DNA of 64,000 nucleotides from Lama glama (Eukaryota): contig CM052816.1 of NCBI GenBank assembly GCA_028534125.1, forward strand, positions 41,170,001-41,234,000. Direction: 5' to 3'. Position numbers and translations under genes: made by a program. Of the stretch, positions 12,300 to 25,339 are shown one piece after another; position 1 is the stretch's first letter; each line of letters starts with the position of its first letter. The notes beneath the pieces are model-generated. The model worked only from the letters and a program-made list of their open reading frames with translations. It was not told the origin of the DNA and made no database searches.

Positions 12300-13030
12300 A
12301 GATTAAGAAAAAAAAACAAATTTAAAGAAAATATTGTCACAAGCAAAAAGGATTAATATTTACAATAAACAAAAACCATATAATTTAGAAAAAATGAAAA
12401 GAAAAACAAACTATGGGCAAAAGTATATACACTAGTAATTTATATAGAAGGAAATATAAATGGGTTAAACCATGAAAATATGGTCAAAAATATATCAATC
12501 ATTAGACGGGTAAAATTGATAATAACCTATACTGATCAGCATACAGAGAAAAAGGTACTTTCATACAGCTATTTATGGAAGCATAAACTGGTATAATTTT
12601 TCTAGGAAAAACATTTGGTGGAATCTAAAAGGAAATACAGAGTTTGACATTTTTCTAACCAATTACTGTAATTTTCCAAGCAATCACTGAATAATTGTTT
12701 ATTTTTTCCCTAATGAATTCTTTCACTATTTATTATAAGCCTAAGTTCCATATGTAATGAAGTCTTATCTATACTCTGTCTTTATACATATTAACCCTCA
12801 AACTTATTGAATACATCCTATGGCTATGCTTAGAGGAAGATTTCTGGGACAATATTTGTGAAATGATATTGAATCACTGCTATTAAGGAAAAAGCTGGAA
12901 ACAATATACCAACAACAAACAATGTAAGAAAACTTTAAATTATGCTTTATCTACTACTATCCACCAGTAAAAAGAAAGGTATACATATGTATCTGCTGAT
13001 ATGAAAAGATCTCCAACACATAAAATTAAT
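12300..13030 (+). mobile_element. Old, highly diverged L1 (L1ME-like) 3' region
   Basis: Degenerate L1 motifs: ggattaatatttacaataaac, tatgggcaaaag, ggaagcataaactggtataattttctaggaaaacatttgg, ctggaaacaatatacc. Boundaries approximate. Confidence 0.6.
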
Positions 13031-13701
13031 AAACGCATTTGTAATCTATCTCTAAATTCTATTTATTATCCAAAAACCACATTTTCAGTAGTGATTTGTT
13101 TTAATAATTATCCATTGTATAGCCTATGGACACATAATATGAAAGAGTATAAAATCACAGGGAATCAAGAACAAAAAAATACATATAACTAAAAATGTAC
13201 ATGTGCTGCTTACCCTTATTACTTAAAATGCTATTTTCTGGTGAAAACGTTGAGTGTGTAGCCTTGTTATTTAAAACTGCATCTAAAAAAGAGCTAAGTG
13301 TTTTGGATGTGAATATTATGTCAACTAGCACTTACAATTTGCTGAAATGCATGTTATACATATGATTTGACAAGAGCTAGTTTTGAAGAAGTTAAATTAA
13401 TTAAGAAATATTTCTCCCCTTAAAAACATTGATTTAATTTATAAACTAAAATAAAAATCACTGAAATTCCTTCTCATTCAGTACCTTTAACAAAATATTA
13501 ATGACTAATAACAGATCCAGGAAGGAATTTAAAAGGACACCTTGCTCAGGTTCCAGCCTGGAACTCCAAGTGATGACCTGGTCTGATTTGAAAGACTGCC
13601 AAAGACAAAGTATTTTTCACCACCTTTCTTAAGTGACTGACAGTTTCAATGTTAATCCACACTTTCTTCATGCAGTTCTTCCTCTGTTTTACCTAATTCT
13701 T

Positions 13702-16049
13702 TTAATTGAGATATAGTTGGTTTAAAATATTTTACTAGTTTAAGGTGTACAATATAGTGATTCAAAATTTTTACAGACTATACTCCATTTATAGTCACTA
13801 TAAAATATTTGGCTATACTTCCTGTGCTGTCTCCTGAGGTAGGCTTGTATCACTATGAACTTCCCTCTTAGAACTGCTTTTGCTGTTGTTCCCTAGATTT
13901 TGGATCACTGTGTTTTCATTTTCCTTTATATGCAGGCATTTCTTCTTTCATTTCCTTAATAATCTATTGGTTGTTTTGTAGCATATTGTTAAGTGTAGTT
14001 TGTATGTTTTTTTCTTGTATTTGATTTCTAGTCTAATGGTGCTGTGATTGGTAAAGATAGTTGATACAATTTCAATTTTCTTAAATTTACCAAGGCTTGT
14101 TTTGTGACCTGTCATGTAACCCATACTGGATACTGCTCCAGGTACACTTGAAAATAATATATTCTGCTGCTTTTGGATGGAAGTATAAACGTTAACTACC
14201 TCCAGGTGAAAAAAAATTTAATGAACACCTTATTAACACTTCACTGGACTGGCCCAATGGCTTAAATTTTAATTGTGCTGAGGTATTTGCCTTTACTGAC
14301 GAGCTTTTTCCTTTTGTAATTTTCATGTTTCCAGTTGCAGCCTTAGAGAAGTCCCTTTGACATTTCTTGTAAAGCTGGTTTCGTGGTGCTAAACGCATTC
14401 AGATTTTGCTTATCTATAAAACTTCTGATCTCCCCTTCAAATCTGACTGAGAGCCTCACCAGGTAGAGTATTCTTGGTTGTAAGTTTTTCCCTTTTATCA
14501 CTTTAAGTATACATGCCATTCTCTTATGGCATGCAGTGTTTCTGCTGAAAAGTCAGCTGATAGCTTCATGGGAGTTCCTTTGTATGTAATTTGTTTGCTT
14601 TTCCCTTGCTGCTTTTAATATTCTATCTTTAAATTTTGCCATTTTAATTACAATGTGTCTTGGTATGGTCTTTGGGTTGATCCTGTTTGGATCTCTCTGT
14701 GCTTCCTCGGCTTGGATGTCTGTTTCCTTTCCCAGGATAAGGAAGTTTTTAACTATTGTATCTTCAAATATGGTCTTTGCCCCTCTCTCTCACTTCTCCT
14801 TCTGAGACTCCTATAATGTGAATTTTAGTATGCTTGAGGTTGTTCCAGAGATCTCTAACTGTCCTCAGTTGTTTTTCCAACTTGTTGATTCAACTTCTGG
14901 ATAATTTAGTCTACTGCTGATTCCTTCTAGTGTATTTTTCATTTTAGTTACTGTACTATTCATTTCTGTTTGTTCTTTCTATTTTCTCTTTGTTAAAAAC
15001 TGCTAACTTCTCACTCTGTTCATCTATTCTTCTCTCAAGTTCTTTGATCATCTTTGCAATCATCACCTTGAACACTTTCTCAGATTGCTTATCTCCACTT
15101 CTCTTAGCACTTCTTCTGGGGTTTTATATTGTTCCTTGTTTGGAATATGTTCCTGTCACCTCACTTTTCCTTACTTGCTGTTTTTATTTCTGTTTCTAGT
15201 AATTGGTTTTGTTTACTGACCTTGAAAAAGTGGCCTTTCATAGGACATTCTATGCATCCCAGCAGCACAATCACCTCTCATCACCAGAGCTATATGTCCT
15301 AAGGGTGTCCCCTATGTGGGCTGTCTGTGCCCTTCTGCTGCAATGAGCTGACTCCTGAGGGTGGTCTATACTGGTGTATGGGGCCACGTTTGGGGCCCTC
15401 TGGTGGGCAGAGCCCTGTTCAGGGGCAGCTGTGGGATCAGGGGTCTTAAGGCAGCCTGTCTACTGGTAGGTGAGGCTGTTTTCACTGCCTAGTTATATTT
15501 GCTTGGCCTGTGACATCCCAGTACTGGTACCTACAGACAGGAGGGTAGGGGCAGGGCTGGGTTCTGAGGCTAACAGGCTACAGAATGGATTCCAAAATGG
15601 CACTTGCTAGCACCAGTGTCTATTTGGTAGAATGAGCTCCCCAAAATAGCTACTGCCAATGTCTGCACCGTCAGGATGAGCTCCAGTTGCCCCCTGCCTC
15701 TTTGAGAAACCCTTCAAGATCAGTAGGTAGGTCTGACACCGCTGGCTCTGGGGGCCAGGACCCTCGGTCTCTAGGGAGACCAAGGTGGGGTTCAGATCCC
15801 TCGATCCCTGGGGAAAACCTCTACAGTTGTAATTATTCTCCCCTGTGTGGGTCACCCACCCAAGGATATGAGTCTTGACCATCCTGCACCTCCATCTCTC
15901 CTACCTGTCTTATTGTGATTCCTTCTTTGTATCTTTAGTTGGAGAAGATCTTTCCTGGTAGCTTCCAGTCTTTTTCAGCCATAGTTACTCAATAAAAGTT
16001 TTAATAGTTGAGTAAAGGTCCTTTCTACTCCACAATCTTAAGAATCCTT
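13702..16049 (-). mobile_element. Internally deleted L1 retaining 5' UTR, ORF1 remnants, ORF2 N-terminal part and 3' terminus
   Basis: Minus-strand 5' end aagattgtggagtagaaagg (~L1 AAGATGGCGGAGTAG); GC-rich 5' UTR ~15190-16030; ORF1 and inter-ORF region ~14300-15190; ORF2 piece ~13830-14190 (caagcctacctcagg ~ QAYLR); 3' tail 13702-13830. TSD-like tctgttttacctaattctt (13683-13701) / tctgtctcatctaattctt (16050-16068), 16/19. Confidence 0.85.
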
Positions 16050-18639
16050 TCTGTCTCATCTAATTCTTCACTTATTGTTGGGGTTTTTTTTTTCTTTTTA
16101 AAAAATTCTCCTCTGTGAGAGCATGGAAATTTAGGGGGAAAAAAAGCACTCTACCTGAATTGATACATAGAAGGAGTTCTTAACTAAATGAACAGAAAAG
16201 TCAAAGTAAATCCATTCAAAGCAGAACACAAAATGCTGACTACAGAGTTCAGCAATGTTTCTGGCAGTGTATAAAAATGCTTACCCATTTTTGAGTGTTA
16301 TACTTTAAAGCACAATATGGTATCCAGCAATAAGGTTCTGAGTGTTGTGAGTTCCTTATCCTCCCTTTCAGACTCATCAACACTCTGCTGCTAATCACAT
16401 CATGTTTGTTAGTTCTCTCTTATCTCTAAGTCTTAATTCCTTAATTCTGTCCTAAATCTACTGTCATTCCCGTGATTTCCTTAGTTGCTTCCTATTCAAT
16501 TCTCCTTCTGTGTGTCTTGCTAAGAGACAGTATTCAAAGGTTAGTGTAAGAAATTACTACTAACAACTTTGACCTCGTGACACACCTATAGTTTTGGGGC
16601 ATATCATCTAGATTTTCTGTGCCTCCCATTTCTCATTTTCTAAAACTCGTCATAATGACACCAATTCCAGACCCCCCCAACTAGGCCATGAAACTCATTA
16701 CTGTTCACATGACATGGAAATATTAGTTTGGCTGACAACGTAAATATTTCACATCTACAGCTTTGTGTTCTAGCAGAGAATTTCCTCATGTCCTGAACAG
16801 TTTTGTTCTATACTAAGAAATAAAGTTTTTATTCCTTGACATTCTTCAATGTATTATTCCATTTTAGGAAGGAGGTTCCCCCAAAACAAAGAAAATCAGA
16901 GACAATCTTATATCCAAGAAGATTAGTGGTCATTATTGTAGAAAACAATTTTGTAAAGCATAGATTTTTAGGTTCAGAATTCAATTAATTCTGTTCTATA
17001 TGAGACTTATTGTTGAGGGCATGTTGATACCATTGTAATTGGGAGAAAGGGGGTGAGGATTATATTGAATGCTGAATCTGAGAAACCTGAATGAATTATG
17101 AGAGGTTTTTTTTTAAGCAATACAATGTCAGTTATCTGGGGTTTAAGGTTTGCAACTGGAGGTCTAGCCTTACTGGATTTACGGTATAAAGTGAGTTTCT
17201 TCCCTAGTGTTCAGGTTGGTAGAGGGCCCTCTCTGCTTTCCCAAGGAGATTTTTCACTGCTGTATTCCCAGCCCCTAGCAAAGTACCTTGGATATAACTG
17301 TCGACTGACTTAATGATTCTTGTTCTAACAACTTGGGAAACACTGTAGCACTAGATGTCCTTCATAAGCTATGTTCAGTTCAGGGGAAGAAAGAAGAGAA
17401 TGTGGGATATCACATGGCAGCAATGAAAATCCCTTATCTTGCTATCCATCAAAAATTGGAAATTTTCTGAAAACAGTTACTATTCAATAATAACATTGTG
17501 GGATTAGGTATAGCACTGGGATGATTGTATTATTTAAAGGTGACAGGAGCAGTTCCATAATGCATATACTAGAATTCATTTTTTTCCTTCTATCAGATAC
17601 TTCAGGGTGTTCAATTTCTATTCATGAGAAAATCTCTTACCTAATTTGTCAGGACCCAAACTGAATATCCCAAGGGCAATCAAACTGCGTAAGTCAAATT
17701 CTATCACAGTAAACATTTTCTTCTTGGGGTATAAATAAACCTATCAATTTAACAACTCTCATCTTGAAGATAGACAAAGATAAAAAAAAGACTCCTACCA
17801 AAATAACTGAAATTAAGCAAAAAACTTTTTGTATACATTGCTATGGCCCCGAGGTAATTAATGCCACGTGAAACAGAAACCTAAGATTAGCTTTAGTTAG
17901 AAATGTACTTCTAATAAATATGAAACATGATTAAATTATATAGTTAACATTTTGAATTTAAATATATCTCACGACTCATGTAGAGTACACAAAGTTTCTG
18001 GTTTTGTGCCTTAAAATTATTTCTACACTCCTTATGTCATCTATATTTTTCAGAGACTCCTCCATTATTATCAACAACTTACTGCTAAGATTTATTTTAA
18101 CTGCATTCATGGCCAAGGCAAAATATTTAGCCACAGCATTCTAAGCAAATCTGTTTCATTTTGTTATAGAAAATGCTTCTCAGCTGTGGGTGTTTTCCTT
18201 CCAGTTAAAGATGTGTAAGCCTGATCAATTGTAAATGTAATCTTCCATTTCAAGATCTAGTAGCAACAGATGAGAAAAGTATTTTTCTAGATAGGATCTT
18301 TAGACAATTTAAAGAATAATGGAAATTCTTCCAGCCAGCGAATCATTTTAGGTCCTCAAGCAAACAATTTTAGTAAAATGAGCCATTCAGATCCACATTA
18401 TTCCAGAATCATTTGATAAAAACACAGCTTCAAGCCACATGTCATGATGAGTTGAGGTGATGTAACCCTAGGTTTGAGGACTTGACTAAATTTCATTGGG
18501 GACACAAAATATGTAAGAATTTTGCTAAGGAAAAAGAGCAGAAGAATTAGAAAGAGACCTCCAGATAAACACACAACATACACACATGCTGCCAGAATAC
18601 ATTAAATCACTACAGAAAAGGTTTTAAACCCTTCTTTGA

Positions 18640-18915
18640 AATCATAGCAATGAGTCTCACTTTTCCTTCAGGCAGAGAAACAGCTCTATTGACAATGACA
18701 GCCTTTCTCAAGAAGCAGATGAGACACAGCAGTCCTGAAAACCATGTGTCAAAGATGTGGAGCAGGGACATGGACCAGTCTGAATGCCTCAATCATTGCC
18801 TTGAATAGAGCCACCCTCCCGTCAAAACATCTCTTTTGTACTTTAACCTGCATGAGAAATAAATGCTCAGATTGGACCATTACCCATTCTGGGGTTTGTT
18901 TGCTAGAGCAGTGAC
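18640..18915 (+). mobile_element. Old MaLR (MLT1-type) LTR fragment
   Basis: MLT1-like 3' part: catgagaaataaatgctc...tggggtttgtttgctagagcag. Highly diverged. Confidence 0.45.
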
Positions 18916-20439
18916 TGTGGCCTTCATCCATTCTGCTCAAGAAAAAGCTATCTTCCCCAACTCTTGACATGAAAGAAACATTGATTACTCTAAATTTCAA
19001 GTCAGAAACCATTTAAACTTTAATGTGATGGGAAAGGATTGTCAAGCTTTCCATTATTCACAAATAAGAGTTGCTTTTGATCTAGCCATGTGCTTTGGGG
19101 ACAGTACCTTTAAAAATTAGGTGGTGGGGGGACTTTTGACTTTTACTAGTTTATCTCTTTCAAAGATTTGACATTTTTGTCACCCTGACTTATCAAAATT
19201 TTATTAATGGCAATATCCTAGGTGGCTTTAGTCAGGGTTGAATTGTGGCACCCAATTCATTGCCTATCAGACTTAGGTCTAAGTTGGAAACTCTGTTGCC
19301 AACCTACATAACTGTCCCACCATTTAAGATGCAATATATCATAAAGTGGACTTCTACAGTGCATTAACAATGAAAATGAGAAACAAGGTTCTATTAATTT
19401 CTATTTCTATTCATCTCAGTAATGCAAGAAAATAGGGGAAAAACTAAAATAAAAATGAATAGTAACAGAAAAAATAGAGTGTTATGAGGGTCCCATTAAA
19501 TTATAATCAGTTAATGTGGTGGACTCAGTGGTATTCCAACCCACGAACAAGCCCTCTGTGTAACAAGTATTTTTGTAACAATTCAGTGCCATAGGTACTA
19601 TTATTATTTACATATTGCAGATAGAAGATAAAGATTTACTGAGACTTGTTCAGAGCCTGATAATCTATCAGGATTACATTCAATGCCCTTAGTGTAGCCA
19701 GCTAGAATTACCAAGTATTAGTTGACACGTTGTTTTGGTTTTTTTCTGTTACACTGTTATTCTATAATTCAACACTATTTTGGCGACTTGACATTGTGAC
19801 AAGGATTAGCAGAGCCAGAAAACCAAACTGTCAAATTCTTGATGTCATAAATAGTAAGTGAGCCCCAGATAAACATAGGGATCCAAAACCAGAGAGAATC
19901 TCTACTTGGATGTTTCTTGGGTGCCTTTGCAGAGAATTCCTTGCCTTCTATGGCAAGGCAAACAATGGAGCATGGGACAAGCAGGTGGGACTCCATCGGG
20001 CTCAGTCAGCCCATACAGATGCAAATCTTTTCTTGCTGCCAAGAATCATGCATAACATTTGATAGAAAAGGACTTGGAAAAGCACCATGATCATGAGCAG
20101 AGAACTCCACACTAATACACAGTAGAGACTGCCGCCCCAAGCAAGAATACAGAAGCTTGAGCAGAAGCAACAAGAGACACCTCAATCAGGGGGGCCAGCT
20201 GCCTCCTTAAACCCAATGCTAGGATTGCCCCCAGTCCCTTGTATTTTGAGGCCAGTTCATGAGAAGGCAGGAAAAGGAAGAATCCTCTTTAGCAAACTGT
20301 AAATGGATCTCGGTTGGAGAATCCAGAATTGAATGACATTATATTTTTACCATCAGGCAGCATAAGGACTTGAAATTAGGTTAGACTGAAAAATGTAGGT
20401 AAAATATTTGCACATGAAAATACAAGGCTTTATATACCT

Positions 20440-20667
20440 CTATGTAAATAATACATTGTTATCTTTTTCTGCAGTGAGAATTCTTAGCAAATTTCAAGTA
20501 TACAACTATAACTACCATGCTATGTATTAGATCCCCAGAAATGTATACATATAGTAAGTCACCACCTTGTAAACCTTAAGAAAAAAATTAAAAATCACAT
20601 TATACAATCTAAATAAATACAATTTTTATTTGTCAGTCATACTTCAATAAAACTGGTGGAAAAAAGA
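20440..20667. mobile_element. Short L1MA-type 3' end with inverted 5' part
   Basis: Antisense piece (tcttagcaaatttcaagtatacaac...accatgctatgtattagatccccagaa) followed by a sense terminus (tacaatttttatttgtcagtcatacttcaataaaactgg). Confidence 0.7.
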
Positions 20668-22239
20668 AATGTATTGTTCACATTTTCGTGTTTCTAGGAC
20701 ACTTTTTCCCTCACTTTTGTGTATACTTTGTCCACAATTTCATGCTCACAGGATCCTGATGAATTTTTCATAAAGAACTGTGTAGAAAACTTATTTGAGT
20801 ATAACACAGGAAGAAAAAGGAAAAGACTAGGGTGCTTAGCTCTGATTAGGTACTTAATTATTTGCTAAATTTAACAGCAAGATGGTAGAGGGCCCCATAT
20901 TATCATCCTAATTTTTCTTACACAAAGGAGACTAGAAAATAGATGCTAGATGCAGTAAAATGTCTTCTTTTTCTCTAGAAATTAGTTATCCATTGGATGC
21001 CTTAACTGAGACCTTAGCACTCACATTTCCAGGGGAACCCCTGGATGGTATCAGAATTAGCAGCACATGACTATCCATAGAAATAAACAAAATGCTTCAG
21101 TACATATACATGCATCTTAGTGCCTCTAAGAATCCATCTGAAAATAAAAGACAATTGAAAGTTAACTGTATTCTCAAAAGGAAAAAGGGTGACTTACTTC
21201 TTAAGAAATCAGATCCATTTTTCACTTCTTGAAACTTTGGGATCTAAGTATGATAATAAGAAAAGTAAAGATTTCTAGCCTTCTGAGAGATCTATTTAAT
21301 TGACGTTAAAATTAATATCAGTTGTCAAATATCCATCAATTCATTGCCATCTTCTGAACACTATGAAGAGTGTGTACAACTAAGAAAGTTTACCAGTGAT
21401 TTTACTCTGTAATTGTTTTTCTATCCATGTTATTAGGTTTCTTTGCTCACAATTCTCTGGGTGATTTTTCAGGTTGTATAGTGAGCAGAGAGCATAAACC
21501 TTTATGGTTATTGCGATAACCACCTACATATAACCACTCCATTATCAGGAGAAAGTCATGAGAAATAATTAGGAAGAGACCAGGTCTAGGGAGCAACTAG
21601 ACACTGCCTGGCCCAGCATGGTAAGTGACAGAGTGCTCTCGCCTGGAAAGGGCTTAAGCCATCTAATTAGAGCAATGTTGGATGAATAAATAATTAATGG
21701 CAGGAAGAAATGAGTGTTTTCTGCTAATGAAATCAAGAAGTTGAAACTAAGCTACTTTATAAACTTACAGAACTGTCTTTTAATAAGTGGATTAACTGCA
21801 TTAATGCTTTTAGCTGCATTAATCTCCCATATTTAAACCAAGTCAGTTTTAACAAATGAAAACATGACTTGTCGAGGGCAACTTTCATCTGCAGAAGTTT
21901 TGAAAAATATTAAAAGGACATTTACTCTTCTCATCACGTTGCAGAGCTGGGAAGTAAATGCTTTTCTACAAAATCCCTAGCCAGTGTAAGGCTGATTATC
22001 TGTGTTTTGAATTTTCTTAAAGCCTAATAAACTGGTAATGAAGCAAATCACTAATGACTCAAGCATTAACCTGAGGAGTGAGTTTCTATAATCCACTGAG
22101 GCACAAGAATAGGAAAGTTATGCATATCTTTCTCTCTGAGGATAACCATAGTCTGTGTGTATAGTCTAATATATCTTCTGAATTACTGCATTATAATTTA
22201 AAGTAAGAAAAAATACACTAGTTTACATTTTTAAAATTA

Positions 22240-22630
22240 AATAGATAAAAGAAAACCTATTATTAAACTCAACTGTCATCTTAGGTTCAGGAGAGGCATG
22301 TGATCAAACCTCATTATGGAAAAATGATTCAGATAATACAGCAAAGAAAAATCTATTTGCTTACCATATTAAAAATTTACATCTAAATTTACATCTACCC
22401 TTAAATATAAAATATTGGTAGTATCATCTTTTAAGTCATGGATAAAATTGTTTCTTTCAACATTATAGATGTCATCAAATTTAAAACAAACAAAAGTGCA
22501 GTGTATGGGAATTAGAAAAAATTTACATTTTTTTAGATATGATTAATAATATTACATCTAGATAGAAAACAAGAAAAATTACAGACAAATTATTAGAACT
22601 CATAAGAGATTTCAGCAAGTTGACAGATTC
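22240..22630 (+). mobile_element. Old L1 ORF2 (RT region) remnants
   Basis: ttttttagatatgattaataatattacatctagatagaaaac...aaattattagaactcataagagatttcagcaagttgacagattc (~KLLELIREFSK). Confidence 0.6.
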
Positions 22631-22639
22631 GAAACCCAG

Positions 22640-23072
22640 GTGCTGGCTGACTGCTAGCAGTCTGCCTTGGTTCACTGCCACACGGGATTCCTCAAAACCA
22701 TGATGCTAGACAGTCAGAGAATGCAAGCAAAGATGAGACAAATATCCAGGCTTGTTTTTTTTTTAAGATGCAAATCAACATGTATTCTTTATTTTTGAAA
22801 ACTCCCCTAATAAATCAAGAAAGAAAGAAACTTCATTAACATGATAAAATAATCTTCAGAAACAACACCCAGCTTCGTGTTTTTTTCAAATTGCGTCAGT
22901 CTTTTATAACCTAATCTTGGAAGTGACATCCCATCACTTTTGCTGTAATCCATTTCTTAGAAGCAAGTCCCTAGGTCCAGCCCTCACTCCGGAGGAAGAG
23001 GATTGCACAAGGTCATAAACACCAGGAGACAGAAGCCATTTAGAATCACTTTGGAAGCAGCCAATTACCGCT
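22640..23072 (-). mobile_element. MaLR MLT1-type LTR, interrupted
   Basis: cttttataacctaatcttggaagtgacatcccatcacttttgctgtaatccatttcttagaagcaagtccctaggtccagccctcactcc resembles antisense MLT1. Confidence 0.7.
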
Positions 23073-23175
23073 ATATAGAGAAAGAGCCACTCCTTGACTT
23101 TCCTGATTTTCCCTGGGTCCAGCAGTAGGCTTACAGCTGAACATGAAATCATCTTCATTTTGTCAAGCTTTATCT

Positions 23176-23307
23176 ATAGTAGCCATATAGCCATGTTCAT
23201 CTAGAAACTGCCTGGTTTACACCTACTACCCCAGAATTCCATCTAATTAGTGCCACCTTTCACTCTAAAAGGGACCCAGTTTAGATAGCAAATTAAATGG
23301 TCACCCA
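23176..23307. mobile_element. MER94-like hAT-Blackjack MITE
   Basis: gtgccacctttcactctaaaagggacccagtttagatagcaaattaaatggtcaccc matches remembered MER94, including the terminal ATGGTCACCC. Confidence 0.65.
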
Positions 23308-23769
23308 AGATCTTGGACCCTAGCTGGGATCCTCACCGAAGCTGAATCTATTAGAGATTTTAAACATAAGCTGGCTCTCATAGTAGGTGAGGAACACATT
23401 TCAAAAGTAGGATCTCCATAAAAGACCATGGAATTCACATATGTAATTAAAGGTCCTTCAGTGCAAATAAGTGGCAAATACACAAGGGGCAGAGTGACTT
23501 CTGACGTTCTTAACAATTGATCATATAATTATTAATGTCCTTCAGTACTTTTAAAAAGGAAAAACTATTACACTGACAAACTACAGGAGGTTTAAATTCC
23601 CATGAGGAAATTTTCTAAACTTTTCTCGTAATTCATCTACCTCAATCCTTTATCTCACACAGTAAGGAACACCTAAAAGTCATCAATACTAAATTTCAAT
23701 GAAGAAAATAAGAATTATAAGATATGATCCCTGGCTGAATACGTTTATGATATCTTCTATGAAGACAGT

Positions 23770-24400
23770 ACTCAGAAGTTAACCAAAAGTACAATGGATT
23801 AAATGATCCACAGTAAATAACTCTTAGAGAAAAGTTAATCTAAGACATTAAACAATTTTTGAAGATCACAAATAACTGGAGTACTTAAGGATACTTTAAC
23901 AGAAGTGGTATGAGTCAAACAGAATAGCTCTCGGTTTGGTAGGAAAAGAGAAGAAGGAGGCTTCATATAACGTGATGGGTATATGCAGAGTGCCAAGATG
24001 AGAAAGCCTAAAAAATGACGGATTGTACAGGGAAATAAAGTACTCATGTCATCTAGTAGGTGTGATCACCCAGTAGGTAGGCGTGATCAGGGTGGAAAGG
24101 CCAGATTAGAACCTAAGTGTGAAGGGTTTCAAATATGGTACAAGAAAGTTACTGGATCAATTTTTAAGGTTAAACTATGTAGGATGAATTATGAGAGAAA
24201 AGATCAGACACAAAGAGGGCTGACATTGAGACTAGAAAAGAAAGAAATGCAAACATAACGTGCATAAGTACTGGCAGCACTTGCGAACTGACTGGTCTTG
24301 AGAGTCCCACAAAAAGGACGCAAGGCAATTTTGAGATCAAGCCTGGGTGACCAAACGCTACCAGTGAACTTGCAAGTAATACAAGTAACCAAACTGAGCC
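23770..24400 (-). mobile_element. L2 fragments
   Basis: Purine-rich, decayed L2-like sequence (gccagattagaacctaagtgtgaagggtttc, gagagaaaagatcagacac). Boundaries approximate. Confidence 0.5.
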
Positions 24401-25339
24401 ATATGTAATTACCTAACATATTATTCCTCATTTTCTTGGAGCACATTACCTTCTCAGTTTATTTCCCTAATTTTAAGATAGATGTAAATCTGAGGAAAAG
24501 TGTGCTCTATCACAAGAAAGCATTTACTCTAGTAAAGCAAAAAAAAAAAAAAAGTGCTCCACCAAAAGAGAGAGAATTGAGCACTTAGGCTTCTAATTTC
24601 CACCTCAATTTAGAGGCAGGAAGATGAGTGGAAGGACCTTTGTCAAAATGCAGTGCACAGGCCCACCCTGAGGGGACATCTTATTATCGCTTCACATCAG
24701 CTCTTACTGAGCAATCCATGCCAAATACAGCAAGATCTTCTAATCATTCACAAAAAGGCAGAAATTTAGCTTTTACATAACCCAGACTTTTTTCCCCCTA
24801 ATCCAACTGAAAACCAGGAATTTGTCATTTGATTTTTTCAGCTGCCATTTCTCTCATCAATAAACAGTGACTTGTTCCCTTTGTTCTTTATTACATGCAC
24901 TCAAGAGTATGAAATAAAACCTAGCGAGATATACATACCGGCAGGAAACTTCAGGAAAGTACAATGTATATTCATTGTGTAGCAAAGTAACTGACTTCTG
25001 ACCTCTAAGATTACACCAAGTTTGTATACACCTACTTCCTAGTTCATAGGGAAAGAACTGTTATCTCCAACTACATCTCTTTAGAGTATAATCTCTAGGG
25101 CTAGAACTAGTGAGTTTACATCTAGTAACTAAAGCTTCGTGAGGATGATTAATGGTTATTATCTACTTTATGTATATATAATACTTACGTATTTCTAAAA
25201 ATAAATTTTTCCCCTTAAAATAGTAATCAAACACCAAAACTTTCCAACTTCCCACAAAACCTCTGCAAGATAAATATTTGTGCACCACTTGGCCCCTGCA
25301 TGCAATATGCAGCACTGTGCATACAATATTGATTTGGCA

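Noticed and set aside
24496..24559. Short segment ending in poly(A) between aaaagtgtgctc and aaaagtgctc, a possible tiny retro-insertion
   Set aside because: The repeat is short, imperfect and A-rich, and the ~30-bp insert is unidentifiable.
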